A stretch of DNA of 63,724 nt, filler included, from Octopus bimaculoides (taxonomy: Eukaryota): assembly GCF_001194135.2 (NCBI RefSeq). It is 9 parts of 6 records of this genome, joined end to end, with 100 filler letters (N's around TTAATTAATTAA, not from the genome) between each part and the next. Parts side by side here need not be neighbours in the genome. Positions count along the whole stretch, not along the records: positions 50,711 to 56,288 come from NC_068983.1; positions 56,389 to 59,917 come from NC_069008.1; positions 60,018 to 62,391 come from NC_068989.1; positions 62,492 to 63,724 come from NC_069004.1; 5 more parts are not named here. One strand, given 5' to 3'. Every line of letters starts with the position of its first letter. Position 1 is the first letter of the stretch. Position numbers and translations under genes: made by a program. Positions 51,110-62,543 of the stretch are shown here, in pieces. The notes beneath the pieces were generated by a model that was not told where the DNA came from, did not search any database, and saw only the letters and a list, made by a program, of their open reading frames with translations.

Positions 51110-51166
51110 TAGAGTCTGATGAGTCATCTATAAGGCCTTATGGATATGAAACCATTAGTCACTCTA
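51110..51166 (+). ncRNA. Type I hammerhead ribozyme motif, intact catalytic core
   Basis: Stem I tagagt(51110-15)/actcta(51161-66); CTGATGA(51116-22); stem II 51123-47; GAAA(51148-51); 2-bp stem III; GTC(51158-60). Confidence 0.75.
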
Positions 51167-51257
51167 TTACCAGACATATATTTAACATCATATAAATACA
51201 TTACTGCTCTAACCTTTAGAATGTGTTCCTTTTTCGGATATATGGTCGACTGACAAC

Positions 51258-51292
<35 letters not shown>

Positions 51293-51346
51293 TGAAATAC
51301 GAGATATCCATCTCTTGTCAGTTTGTAGAATTCCACTTTTCAGTGC

Positions 51347-51394
51347 CTGATGCTGAAGAGGAGTTAACCACTCCAAAATACATGCATCCATCAG
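51347..51394 (+). ncRNA. Type I hammerhead motif with G12>A core mutation
   Basis: Stem I ctgatg/catcag; CTGAAGA; stem II GGAG-ttaacca-CTCC; AAAA instead of GAAA; stem III AT-acatgc-AT; ATC cleavage triplet. Confidence 0.65.
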
Positions 51395-52580
51395 TCTAGT
51401 TAGAGACCACTTCAAACTGACTTGTTGTGTTCACACCTATTTGTCAACAGTGAGAAATTTTCTCCACAACAAAATACAGAGTGACTTTCTTACTGCCTCA
51501 AATATGCCCCAAGCATATTTGAGCACACTTACATGTGTATGTGCGGGTGTGAGTGTGGTGTGTGTGTGTGTGAGCATATAGATAAGCATAGTACTTATTT
51601 AAAAGATTGTCATTAAAACTAGCACATTTAAAGTCATTTTGTCAAAAAGTTAGTACAAGGTTTGAAATATCATTTGAAGATGAAATCAATTTATTTATTT
51701 ATGTTTAAATTTCTTTACATTTTGAAGATATTCAAGTTTTCTAAAATATTCAAGAGATTTAGTTTTTACAATGTTTGAATATATTTCAAATGTTATAAAA
51801 ATTAACAGTCCCATTCAAAAAGCATAATACCAACAAATTTTTGAAATATATACAAATGCAAATGTGAGACTAAGAACTAACACATTATTTTCTCACTTGC
51901 ATGGTACTTAATACCGTCTACAAGCTTTCTGAACATATTAATTTTTCTAAATGAAAAATTTTTGTAATGACAGCATTTCAATAAATATGCTCTCTCTATT
52001 TTTTTTTTTTAAATTTTTGTTTGAAATCGAAGTGTTGTTTCCTGGCAATGATTTTTGATAGTGGTAATCACTACATAGAAATTTAAATAGGAAGCTATTA
52101 AAGAAATGTTGTTGTATATTGGGAGGATCATTTTGCCAAGGAAAACACATACTGGTTCTATATTCCTTCCTTTTATTAATGGTCACTTGAAAAATTAATT
52201 AACCAGTTAAGCATTTGATTGCTTGATTATTTGTTTGATCACTCAATCTCTGAGTCCTTTTGTCACCATTTGCGACCTCATTCCTGATATGCCTCATATC
52301 TCAAAGAACTGATTACTGTCTATTTACTATAGTATCTGAAACACTGTTCTAACTTATTGAAAATACAATTTCAAAATGAGTAATTTTAATGAAGTACTTT
52401 ATAGTTAAATATAAGCATTGGCATAGGAGTGGCACTGCGGTAAGAAGCTTGCTTCCCAACCACATGGTTTTGGGTTCAGTTCCACTGTGTGGCACCTTGG
52501 GCAAGTGTCTTCTACTATAGCCTTGAGTCGACCAAGCCTCGTCAGTGGATTTGGGAGATGGAAACTGAAAGAAGCCCATC

Positions 52581-52611
<31 letters not shown>

Positions 52612-52841
52612 NNNNNNNNNNNNNNNNNNNNNNNNNNNNNNNNNNNNNNNNNNNNNNNNNNNNNNNNNNNNNNNNNNNNNNNNNNNNNNNNNNNNNNNNN
52701 NNNNNNNNNNNNNNNNNNNNNNNNNNNNNNNNNNNNNNNNNNNNNNNNNNNNNNNNNNNNNNNNNNNNNNNNNNNNNNNNNNNNNNNNNNNNNNNNNNNN
52801 NNNNNNNNNNNNNNNNNNNNNNNNNNNNNNNNNNNNNNNNN

Positions 52842-52883
<42 letters not shown>

Positions 52884-53144
52884 AATATATATATGTGTGT
52901 GTGTGTTCGTTCCTCACTGTCACTGCATGACAACTGGTATTGGTGTGTTTACATCCCCATAACTTAGCAGTTTGGCAAAAAATACTGATAGAATAAGTAC
53001 CAGGCTTAGAAAATAAGTACTGGGGTCAATTCATTCAACTAAAATTTCAAGGTGGCGCCCCAGTTAATGACTGAAACAAGTAAAAGATAAAAGAGAAAAG
53101 AAGAATTGTGCATGCAGAATCTGCACAATTTTGATAGTCCAACC

Positions 53145-53821
53145 TCATCCTGGGGCCTTAAGAGTGTCCTTTGACATATTAGGGCAACATGCTGCTAAAT
53201 TTGCCATTCCAGATTGCTCATTGTCTTCCAGGGACATTCTTCCACGTTTGAAGTGCCTGTGCCACTTGAAACATTGTGTACAAATCATTGCCTTATCACC
53301 ATAAGCTTGCCAAAGCATGCTCAATGTCTCTGTAGCAGACTTCCCAAATTTAACGCAAAATTTCACATTGGCTCTTTGTTCCTGTCCATGACAAAAGGCA
53401 GACGACAGCATACATGTGATCACAAAAGCACATATTTCATAACCTGTGAAGCAAACACAGCACTGTTACTTGGCACACTGCTCCATGAAAGGCGGCGAGC
53501 TGGCAGAAACGTTAGCACGCCGGGTGAAATGCTTAGCAGTATTTTGTCTGCCGCTACGTTCTGAGTTCAAATTCCGCCGAGGTCGACTTTGCCTTCCATC
53601 CATTTGGGGTCGATTAAATAAGTACTAGTTACGCACTGAGGTTGGTATAATCGACTTAATCCGTTTGTCTGTCCCCTCTGTGTATAACCCCTTGTGGGTA
53701 GTAAAGAAATAACACTGCTCCATGAAGGTCACTCCTAGCTCTCACTGAACATACAACCATGTGCTGCCATCTGTTGGCGCACTACAAAACTAGTCCAGGA
53801 ACTTTTTGATACCACCTTGTA
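53145..53821 (-). mobile_element. mariner relic (5' half) interrupted by a SINE
   Basis: EQRANVKFCVKFGKSATETLSMLWQAYGDKAM..QCFKWHRHFKRGRMSLED..SG; TIR TA-CAAGGTGGTATCAAAAAGTTCC ending at 53821. Confidence 0.85.
53490..53711 (+). mobile_element. SINE family A, Tx1-tail subfamily, perfect 15-bp TSD
   Basis: TSD acactgctccatgaa at 53475-53489 and 53712-53726; tail tgtcccctctgtgtataaccccttgtgggtagtaaagaaata. Confidence 0.9.
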
Positions 53822-54249
53822 TAGTTACATTTATAAAGCACTGCATAAGAAAAAATGTTGTAATAAATTAAGCCATTTAATTATATCATCATTTAATGTC
53901 CATTTACAAAAACTGTTTCAACATAGTTGGCACCAAGGCAAAGCTGGATACATCTGCTAGATTATGCTGACATTTCACTTAATGCCTACTGCCTACCCTG
54001 AATAAATATTCACAGTAGGCTGTTAGCATTCATAAAGTAAAGAGTCAACAAAATACCTTGTCATTATAGGGCAACAGGTTATGAAATATTTCCACGACAA
54101 AAGTGTTTATTTGCATGAATTAAATGGAAAAGTTGTGTCATACTAATGCGTGTGCGTAAATAAACATCATTACTATTGTATATTCATCATAGTTGAAACA
54201 CATTTGTATTTTCAATGCAGTTGCTCTTCCATATGTGTATGTGCATACA

Positions 54250-54288
<39 letters not shown>

Positions 54289-54290
<2 letters not shown>

Positions 54291-54590
54291 TGGAGAGAAT
54301 TATTGCACAATTAATTGGGAACTGAATTAGATTAGATGAAATGCAGTTTGGCTTTGTGCCTGGAAGAAGTACTACTGATGCTATTTTCAGTCAAGCAACT
54401 GCAAGAGAAGTATTTAGCTAAGAATAAGCCATTGTACTTAGCATTTGTTGATCTGGAAAAAGCCTTTGACAAGATGTCTCATTCTGTGATACGGTGGTCT
54501 CTGAGGAAACTAGGGGTAGATGAATGGCTTGTGAAAGTAGTACAGGCCATGTACAGAGGTGCTGTTAGTAAGATAAGAATTGGACCATGA
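54289..54590 (+). mobile_element. RTE RT fragment
   Basis: MQFGFVPGRSTTDAIF, QEKYLAKNKPLYLAFVDLEKAFD, LRKLGVDEWLV. Confidence 0.9.
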
Positions 54591-54604
54591 GTACATTTGA
54601 TTAT

Positions 54605-54938
54605 AGGTGTATGGCTCAGTTGTTAGAGCGTCGAGCTTATGATCGTGAGGTTGTGAGTTCACTTCCTGGACCGGGCTGCGTGTTGTGTTCTTGAGCAAAA
54701 CACTTTATTTCACGTTGCTCCAGTTAACTCAGCTGTAGAAATGAGTTGTGACATCACTGGTGCCAAGCTGTATCAGCCTTTGCCTTTCCCTTGGGTAACA
54801 TCAGTGGTGTGGAGAGGGAAGGCTGGTATGCATGGGTGACTGCTGGCCTTCCATAAACAACCTTGCCCGGACTTGTGCCTCGGAGGGAAACTTTCTAGGT
54901 GCAATCTCATGGTCACTCATGACCGAAGTGGGTCTCCT
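54605..54938 (+). mobile_element. tRNA-derived SINE family D (V-domain-like)
   Basis: Head tggctcagttgttagagcgtcg...gaggttgtgagttc; gtgttcttgagcaaaacactttatttcacgttgctccagt. Confidence 0.7.
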
Positions 54939-55039
54939 CAATACATATTTGATTAATATGGTTATTAATTTGGTTAACAATTACTCATATTCATTCCCAC
55001 TGCATTGTGCAAAACTGCATTTGTAAGTTAGGAAGCATC

Positions 55040-55600
55040 TTGACAGTTTTTCAGAAATCCTATTAATGATCTTTTCATTGGTCCACAAAATAGACAGGGA
55101 TTCCTCAGAACAGAATCTGTATCACCTGGAAAGAATATTATGTGGTTGTATGTGTCTTATTGTGAAGCAAGTTAGATCATATTTATTTTTATCCTCCTTA
55201 AGTTGCCACACAAATCAGCCAAAGATGTAAAAACTTCTTGTTGATTTTCTTGAAGCTGGTGACATGGGTGTGATAAGGATTCTTGAATGAATCAGCTGTT
55301 GCCCCCATGTAAACATACTGTCCTCCCCTTGTGCATACAGTGCATTTGTATACAAGATTGATACTCATACAGAGGTTCATCAATGGGTATTTTAATTTTT
55401 CTCTGCATGAACATTTATTAGATTTATTTGTATTTGCGACAGTGCTGACTTCATTTTCCAACACTGTTACCAAATTGGCTATATCACTATTATTGCTACT
55501 ACCACAATGTGGCCACAGCAGGTGTTTTTCATTCTGGTTAATATTTCCTTTCTTAACATTTTCATGCATATATTTGCTGTCTTTTCTATTTGTCGAGTCG
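55040..55600 (-). mobile_element. Penelope-like GIY-YIG endonuclease fragment
   Basis: KCSCREKLKYPLMNLCMSINLVYKCTV...VYMGATADSFKNPYHTHVTSF; downstream RFCSEESLSIL resembles CNLCLTEKLLIL. Confidence 0.75.
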
Positions 55601-56009
55601 GAAGTAGTTTGCCTATCATAAGTTATAGTAGATAGCTTAGTCAATAGCTGGTTCATTTTACTGTTATTAATGCAGTGCATATGTTGCTCTGAATTAATAT
55701 ATATTTATATATGTATATTGGAGATGTACTTGCATAGCAAGTGACCTGATATATATATAAATTCAATAATAGGATGAATTCTTTTGCAAGAATTTATCAA
55801 GTAGCTAGCATGAAAAAAACCTCATAAAGGGAAAAAATCCATCATTTATTCCCAAAATATATTTATTTATATAAGGGCATTACTATAAAAGAATGCCTCA
55901 CACTATGAGTAAGAATGTGTTTTTTATGGTAGTCTGACCTTAGAGTCCCTCATAGCATGAGACATTCTTTTATAGTAATGCCCTTAGAAATATATATATA
56001 TATAAACAG

Positions 56010-56288
56010 GAAACAACTTCTATCTCATTCCAGGGAGAAAAACTAGAGGTAGTTGATAGCTTCCGCTATCTGGGTGACCAAGTTAGTAGTGGGGGTGGGT
56101 GCGCTGAAAGTGTAACTGCTAGAATAAGAATAGCCTGGGCCAAGTTTAGAGAGCTCTTACCTCTGCTGGCGACAAAGGGACTCTCACTCAGGGTAAAAGG
56201 CAGACTGTATGACGCATGTGTACGAACAGCCATGCTACATGGCAGTGAAACATGGGCTGTGACTGCTGAGGACATGCGTAAGCTCGCA
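56010..56288 (+). mobile_element. RTE RT C-terminal fragment, young-looking, cut by a gap
   Basis: GEKLEVVDSFRYLGDQVSSGGGCAESVTARIRIAWAKFRELLPLLATKGLSLRVKGRLYDACVRTAMLHGSETW, uninterrupted. Confidence 0.9.
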
Positions 56289-56763
56289 NNNNNNNNNNNN
56301 NNNNNNNNNNNNNNNNNNNNNNNNNNNNNNNNTTAATTAATTAANNNNNNNNNNNNNNNNNNNNNNNNNNNNNNNNNNNNNNNNNNNNGAACGGTGGCAC
56401 GTAAATAGCACCATTTGAGCATTATCGTTACCAACGCCTCCTTTCTGGCACGTGAAAAGACATTCGAGCGAGATCGTTGCCAGTGCCGCTGGACTGGCTC
56501 CTGTGCAGGTGGCATGTAAAATACACCATTTTGAGCGTGGCCATTGCCAGTACCGCCTGACTGGCCTTCGTGCCGGTGGCACATAAAAGCACCCACTACA
56601 CTCTGGGAGTGGTTGGCGTTAGGAAGGGCATCCAGCTGTAGAAACTCTGCCAAATCAGATTGAAGCCTGGTGCAGCTATCTGGTTCGCCAGTCCTCAATC
56701 AAATCGTCCAACCCATGCCAGCATGGAAAGTGGACGTTAAACGATGATGATGATGATATACTG

Positions 56764-56845
56764 AGGGTGATAAATTGAATATTAATTTAATTTAATTTAA
56801 TGATAATATTAATGTTAATTAAATTAATATTTAATTTATCACCCT
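56764..56845. repeat. 82-bp palindromic micro-MITE
   Basis: 29-bp arms agggtgataaatt(g/a)aatattaatttaatt, one mismatch, 24-nt spacer. Confidence 0.75.
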
Positions 56846-57502
56846 GAGAATATAAATATAAATTTTAAATAATTATGTTCTCTAACCGGCAACATCCACT
56901 GCAGTGAATTATCTTCTGCAGAACTGTTTCCGGAATTTAGCGCACCAGAGCTGAGACAGTTGAAAATAACCCCAATGTAATCGGTAGAACTGTACGCATG
57001 TCAAACTTTACGAAGACAATTCGTGTATAGTTCTGCAAATTATATTGAATTAGAACGGTCGTACCGACGAACCACGGACGTCTTTACGTAAGTAAAAAAT
57101 GAGTTAATGGCGAAACCCGGTCTACGATTAATACTTTATTTTGTATATTTTCACTTGTCTTGCTTGCTTATGTTCTGGTGTTTGCTGAATTTTTTTCTGG
57201 AGAACATTCTTTTCTTCGTGGTTAGNNNNNNNNNNNNNNNNNNNNNNNNNNNNNNNNNNNNNNNNNNNNNNNNNNNNNNNNNNNNNNNNNNNNNNNNNNN
57301 NNNNNNNNNNNNNNNNNNNNNNNNNNNNNNNNNNNNNNNNNNNNNNNNNNNNNNNNNNNNNNNNNNNNNNNNNNNNNNNNNNNNNNNNNNNNNNNNNNNN
57401 NNNNNNNNNNNNNNNNNNNNNNNNNNNNNNNNNNNNNNNNNNNNNNNNNNNNNNNNNNNNNNNNNNNNNNNNNNNNNNNNNNNNNNNNNNNNNNNNNNNN
57501 NA

Positions 57503-57714
57503 ATAATAACGCCACACAGTGGACTTCTCAAAAAATAACCACATTTAGTACCTGATGAACAAAGTCTAGATTTACTCTAGTAATTGCGAAATCGGTCGAT
57601 ACGTAATTAAGTCTATTTTAAAAGAAAGTTGGTCATCTTCTGTTGGTTGTTTTTTCCTCGCATAGGTACTAAATGTGGTTATTTTTTGAGAACTCCACTG
57701 TGTGGCGCTATTAT
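57503..57714. repeat. 51-bp inverted repeat enclosing a degenerate hammerhead
   Basis: 57503-57553 vs 57664-57714, 2 mismatches; CTGATGA at 57552-58, GAAA at 57588-91, GTC at 57595-97. Confidence 0.8.
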
Positions 57715-58861
57715 TTTTCTATAATAATGCCCTTTATATAAATATAAACGAATAATTATATTCTTGGGAATAGATATTTCCCTAATGAATTTTTTTACAC
57801 ACTGGCTTCTTGATAAAATTCTTGTAAAAGAGTTAGGTTTGTGTGTTAAGCAGTTTATCCACTGCTGCTGCTGTTACTACTAAAACTATTACCACCACAA
57901 TACCACCATCACTACTACTACTACCAGTAGTAGTAGTAGTAGTATTACAAGTAGTTTTAGAGGTAATGTTAGCAGCCAGTGTCAGTGGTAATTCCAGTAC
58001 ATTGTTTGTCAATTTGGGTCAGTAGGGGAAGTACACCATCACCACCGCCACCACCATTAGGACCACTTCCCATCCCCCTCACTGCATCCTCTGGCATCCT
58101 CCCCCAACCTCCTCTGACCAGCCTTAGGGCAATCTGGTTCCTTCCTGGTCTGGTGCCAGGTTCAAGAGAGCCACAGAAAGAGAGGGAGAGAGAGAGAGGC
58201 TTGGGAGAGGAGATAGATAGATACACAGACAAACAGACAAATGAATAGATAGATAGATAGATGGATAGATAGATAGGCAGACAGACAGACAAATAGATAG
58301 ATACATACATACATACATACATGCAGGAGTGGCTGTGTGGTACAGTTTCCGTCTACCAAATCCACTCACAAGGCTTTGGTTGGCACGAGGCTATAGTAGA
58401 AGACACTTGCCCAAGGTATCATACAATGGGACTGAACCCGGAACCATGTGGTTTGTAAGCAAGCTACTTTATTTCATAAATATTTGCCATAAAGGCATTA
58501 CAAAGTGGGGACAAACAAGGACAGACAAACATAAAAGAGGTACAGCTACTTCACCCCTAGTTAGAAAATTCTAACTAGGTTCCACCTGCGAGGCCATGCG
58601 CTGTTTATCTTGATATGAGATCACCATATCACACACATATGGTTGTGATGCATGCGCCTGATGTACCCTTATTAGACGGGTAGCCTCATGGAGCTTTTAG
58701 GTGTTTTCGCTCAATAAACACTCACAACGTCCACCAAATGACTGAAACAAGTAAGTAAAAGAGTATTGTATAGAGTGCTCAGGTGCACTAAGACTCGTAA
58801 GAAAAATGTAACCCAAATTACCTGAAGGGTACTTAACGATAATCACAGAAAGGGAAGAGAG

Positions 58862-59524
58862 GGATCTAGTTCAAAACGGGGGCACCAGTATTTTCTTAAC
58901 GAAACACTTTGAAACTTGGGACACTGGTAGAATGTGTCATATAAAATATCTTTTTCTCTTAGTCTTCTTAACAAAAAAACGTACATCGCAAGTTATTTCA
59001 TGTTAAAGTTGTCGTATTTCTGTAATTTCAACCAATCACTGACGTCCATTCAGCCGTAAAAATTAAGTGCTGACTACGTAAACAAACGATTCTCGGCGGT
59101 GATAAAATTATTATTTCCTTGTCAAAAAATGGCTGAAGCATATTGGCAGTAGCTAATAAACCTTTCTATTATAGGCACAAGGCCTGGTTTTTGAGGGAAG
59201 GAGCAAGTCAATTAGGGTTAGGGTTAGGGAAAACGAACACACGTGTGTTGCCTCTGCAAAATGTCAGAAGTAATGGAGATTAAATACGCTTTACACCGCT
59301 TAAACTGCCAAAGGAGTAAGTGTAAACAGCTGAATACTTGTCAGTGATTGGTTGAAATTATCGAAATAAGACAATTTTTTACATGAAATAAATCCGAATA
59401 CAAAATTTTTTTTCTGTTCTATAACACAAAATAGATAAGTATACGAAGTTTGAAAGTCTTTCCGTACCAAAAACACTACATAAAACAAAAATGAAAACTG
59501 GTGCCCCCGTTTTGAACAAGATCC
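58862..59524. mobile_element. Non-autonomous DNA transposon, GG termini and 8-bp TSD (Merlin-like), with internal (TTAGGG)3
   Basis: TIR ggatct(a/t)gttcaaaacgggggcaccagt (28 bp, 1 mismatch); TSD gaagagag at 58854-61 and 59525-32; related copy at about 62006-62391 also ends in ttagggttagg. Confidence 0.8.
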
Positions 59525-60195
59525 GAAGAGAGGAAATGTCTAAAAGAAATGCTAAGAATAAATAAAATAATACCAAAAATAATGCCATTCACCACTGAAG
59601 TGGTTGGCTGGTTGGTTGGTTTTTGAATGTTGTGTGAGCATTTACTCAGGTGGCAAATGGCCATGGAAGTGTATGGTGAGAATGAGGACTGCTCCTGCAT
59701 GACGAGAGGAGGAACCGTGGTGGGTACAAAGAATAAGGAATGGTGGTGTGTGGTGAGGTGGAGAACCACGGCAAGGCTTCGAGAGGTGCTGCGAGACACT
59801 TGCCTAAGCTTATCTCGTGCAGTGATTTGAAATAATGACGGGATTGATGACAAAGGCAGTGGTGACGATGACGATGATGATGATGATGATGATGATGGCG
59901 GTGGTGGTGGTGGTGGTNNNNNNNNNNNNNNNNNNNNNNNNNNNNNNNNNNNNNNNNNNNNTTAATTAATTAANNNNNNNNNNNNNNNNNNNNNNNNNNN
60001 NNNNNNNNNNNNNNNNNAAATACATATATAAAGACAAGACCTCCTGGCTCAAAGACTGAACCTCTAAAAGAGAAAGCATTAAAAGCAAGAACAGAAGGAG
60101 CAAAGAAGAAGGAAGACTAAATAATGATAACATTTTTTTTTAAATGCTAATTCAGAAATATGACCTTGACATCGTTATACACCAATGAGGACTTG

Positions 60196-60233
<38 letters not shown>

Positions 60234-61473
60234 GAGTGTGTCCTAGATTTCTGCTGCACAAAGGAGAGAGAGAGGGAGGAAGACAGAGAGAGACGTAGGA
60301 GAGTAAAAGAAGGGAAAAGGAAAAAATTAAGAGGGGAGGAGGAAGAGAAAAAAGTAAGAGGAAATTGAGTGTCTTTTATCTTTTACTCGTTTCAGTCGTT
60401 AGACTGTGGCCATGCTGGGGCACCGCCCTGTAGAATATTACTCAAATGAACTGACCCCATTACTTTCTTTCTTAGACCAAGTACTTATTGTATCGGTCGC
60501 TTTTGCCAAAGTACTAAGTTATGGGGACGTAAACACACCAACAGCGGTTGTGAAACAGTGGTGGAAAACAAACACAGACGCAAAGACACACATATACACA
60601 TACGCACACGCAGTGGGGGCTTCTTTCAGTTTCTGTCTACCAAATCCGCTCACAAGGCTTTTGTTGACCCAAGGCTATAGTAGAAGACACTTGTCCAAGG
60701 TGTAACACATAGGGGTTGAACCCACAACCATATGGTTGGGAAGCAAAATTCTTATCACTGAGCCAGACGTGTGACTAATTAATACGCAAATCTAAAATTT
60801 CGATGAGTTTTTTTTTTTTTTTTTTTTAGTAAGCAAAAAAAAGAAAAGAACTAGAATCTCAATGAGAGAAACTATGAAGTACAAGACTGCTTCCACATCC
60901 GGGAGAGTGCTAATTCTGTTGCACATTCAGACATTCTACCAAAAAAAAAAGAAAAAAAGAAAAAAAAAAAAAGAAAAAGAGGCCCACTCGACTAATTTGG
61001 TATAAAGTCATTAACCAAACAAGCTCCAACATTTTGATGGCAGGCGTATTTTCTCCTCGAGCAGCTTTGTCTACTACAGGGNNNNNNNNNNNNNNNNNNN
61101 NNNNNNNNNNNNNNNNNNNNNNNNNNNNNNNNNNNNNNNNNNNNNNNNNNNNNNNNNNNNNNNNNNNNNNNNNNNNNNNNNNNNNNNNNNNNNNNNNNNN
61201 NNNNNNNNNNNNNNNNNNNNNNNNNNNNNNNNNNNNNNNNNNNNNNNNNNNNNNNNNNNNNNNNNNNNNNNNNNNNNNNNNNNNNNNNNNNNNNNNNNNN
61301 NNNNNNNNNNNNNNNNNNNNNNNNNNNNNNNNNNNNNNNNNNNNNNNNNNNNNNNNNNNNNNTCTTTTGAACAGGATGGTCTCTAGCTACTGCCTCAAGT
61401 CAGGTGTTCCTACTTAACTCATCTTTCTCCTTCTCTTCACTCATACTGCATCCCTCTTCTCTCTGTCTGGCTG

Positions 61474-61519
<46 letters not shown>

Positions 61520-62491
61520 TACATAGCTTGGGAGGAGAGTCTGCCCCCAGGTGACGCTTTTATGGGTTACCCAGGGCGGACTCTCAATCGAAAATCTCAA
61601 AGCTACGAGATAATGCATGATTAATTCAAAACAATGTGAATAATTAAGCGTTACATTCGTTAGAGTAATCTGAATGCTAAAGGATTAAGCAATAAATCTC
61701 ATAGATTTTCTGAAAGCAGTTTAGTGCCATAGGATCATATTCTAATAGCCACATTCTATTAACCAAACATTGTTCTCAGGGTTAAAGTACACTTAACACC
61801 AGAAAGAAACATGCTGAGTCACCTTTGATGAAGTTTTAGATATGTTGGAGAAATCTGAAGCAGTCTGCTTCACTCACCAACATCTTGCAGTAATCAGTAG
61901 ATTAGTTTCATTGTCTTTGGTGTGGTTTACATTTGAAGCCATATACACGAACAGATACCAGTGTGCATCGAAAGATCTGGATTTCTTTTCTTTTAACATA
62001 ATTGGATCTTTTTGGTTTGATGGGCAACATTTTTCATCTATGTTTTATGTAGTGTTTTTGGTACCGAAACACTTTCAAACTTCGAATACATGTATATTTT
62101 GTGTTATAGAACAGATAAAAAATTTTGTATTCGAAGTTATTTCATGTAAAAAATTGTCGTATTTCGGTAATTTCAACCAATCACTGACGTCTATTGAGGT
62201 GAAAACAATTACGCCATGGAATGTAAACAACGGTGTCATGGGATCTTTTCCCTTGAATAAAATTAGTGCCGTTGTTTGTCAACAACAACTATCTGTTGTC
62301 AACAACAACTATCAGCGGTATATTTTTCGTTTGTCACTGTTATTTATGACATCGTTCGTGCGTTTGTACTGGTTTTAGCGTTAGGGTTAGGNNNNNNNNN
62401 NNNNNNNNNNNNNNNNNNNNNNNNNNNNNNNNNNNTTAATTAATTAANNNNNNNNNNNNNNNNNNNNNNNNNNNNNNNNNNNNNNNNNNNN

Positions 62492-62539
<48 letters not shown>

Positions 62540-62543
<4 letters not shown>

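Noticed and set aside
57515-57702. CACAGTG heptamers suggesting a Transib/RAG-RSS element
   Set aside because: The flanks (cgcca/tggcg) continue the inversion instead of forming a 5-bp TSD, so the heptamer is internal
59212-59229. TTAGGG repeats as a chromosome end
   Set aside because: Only about three units, internal to a TSD-flanked transposon
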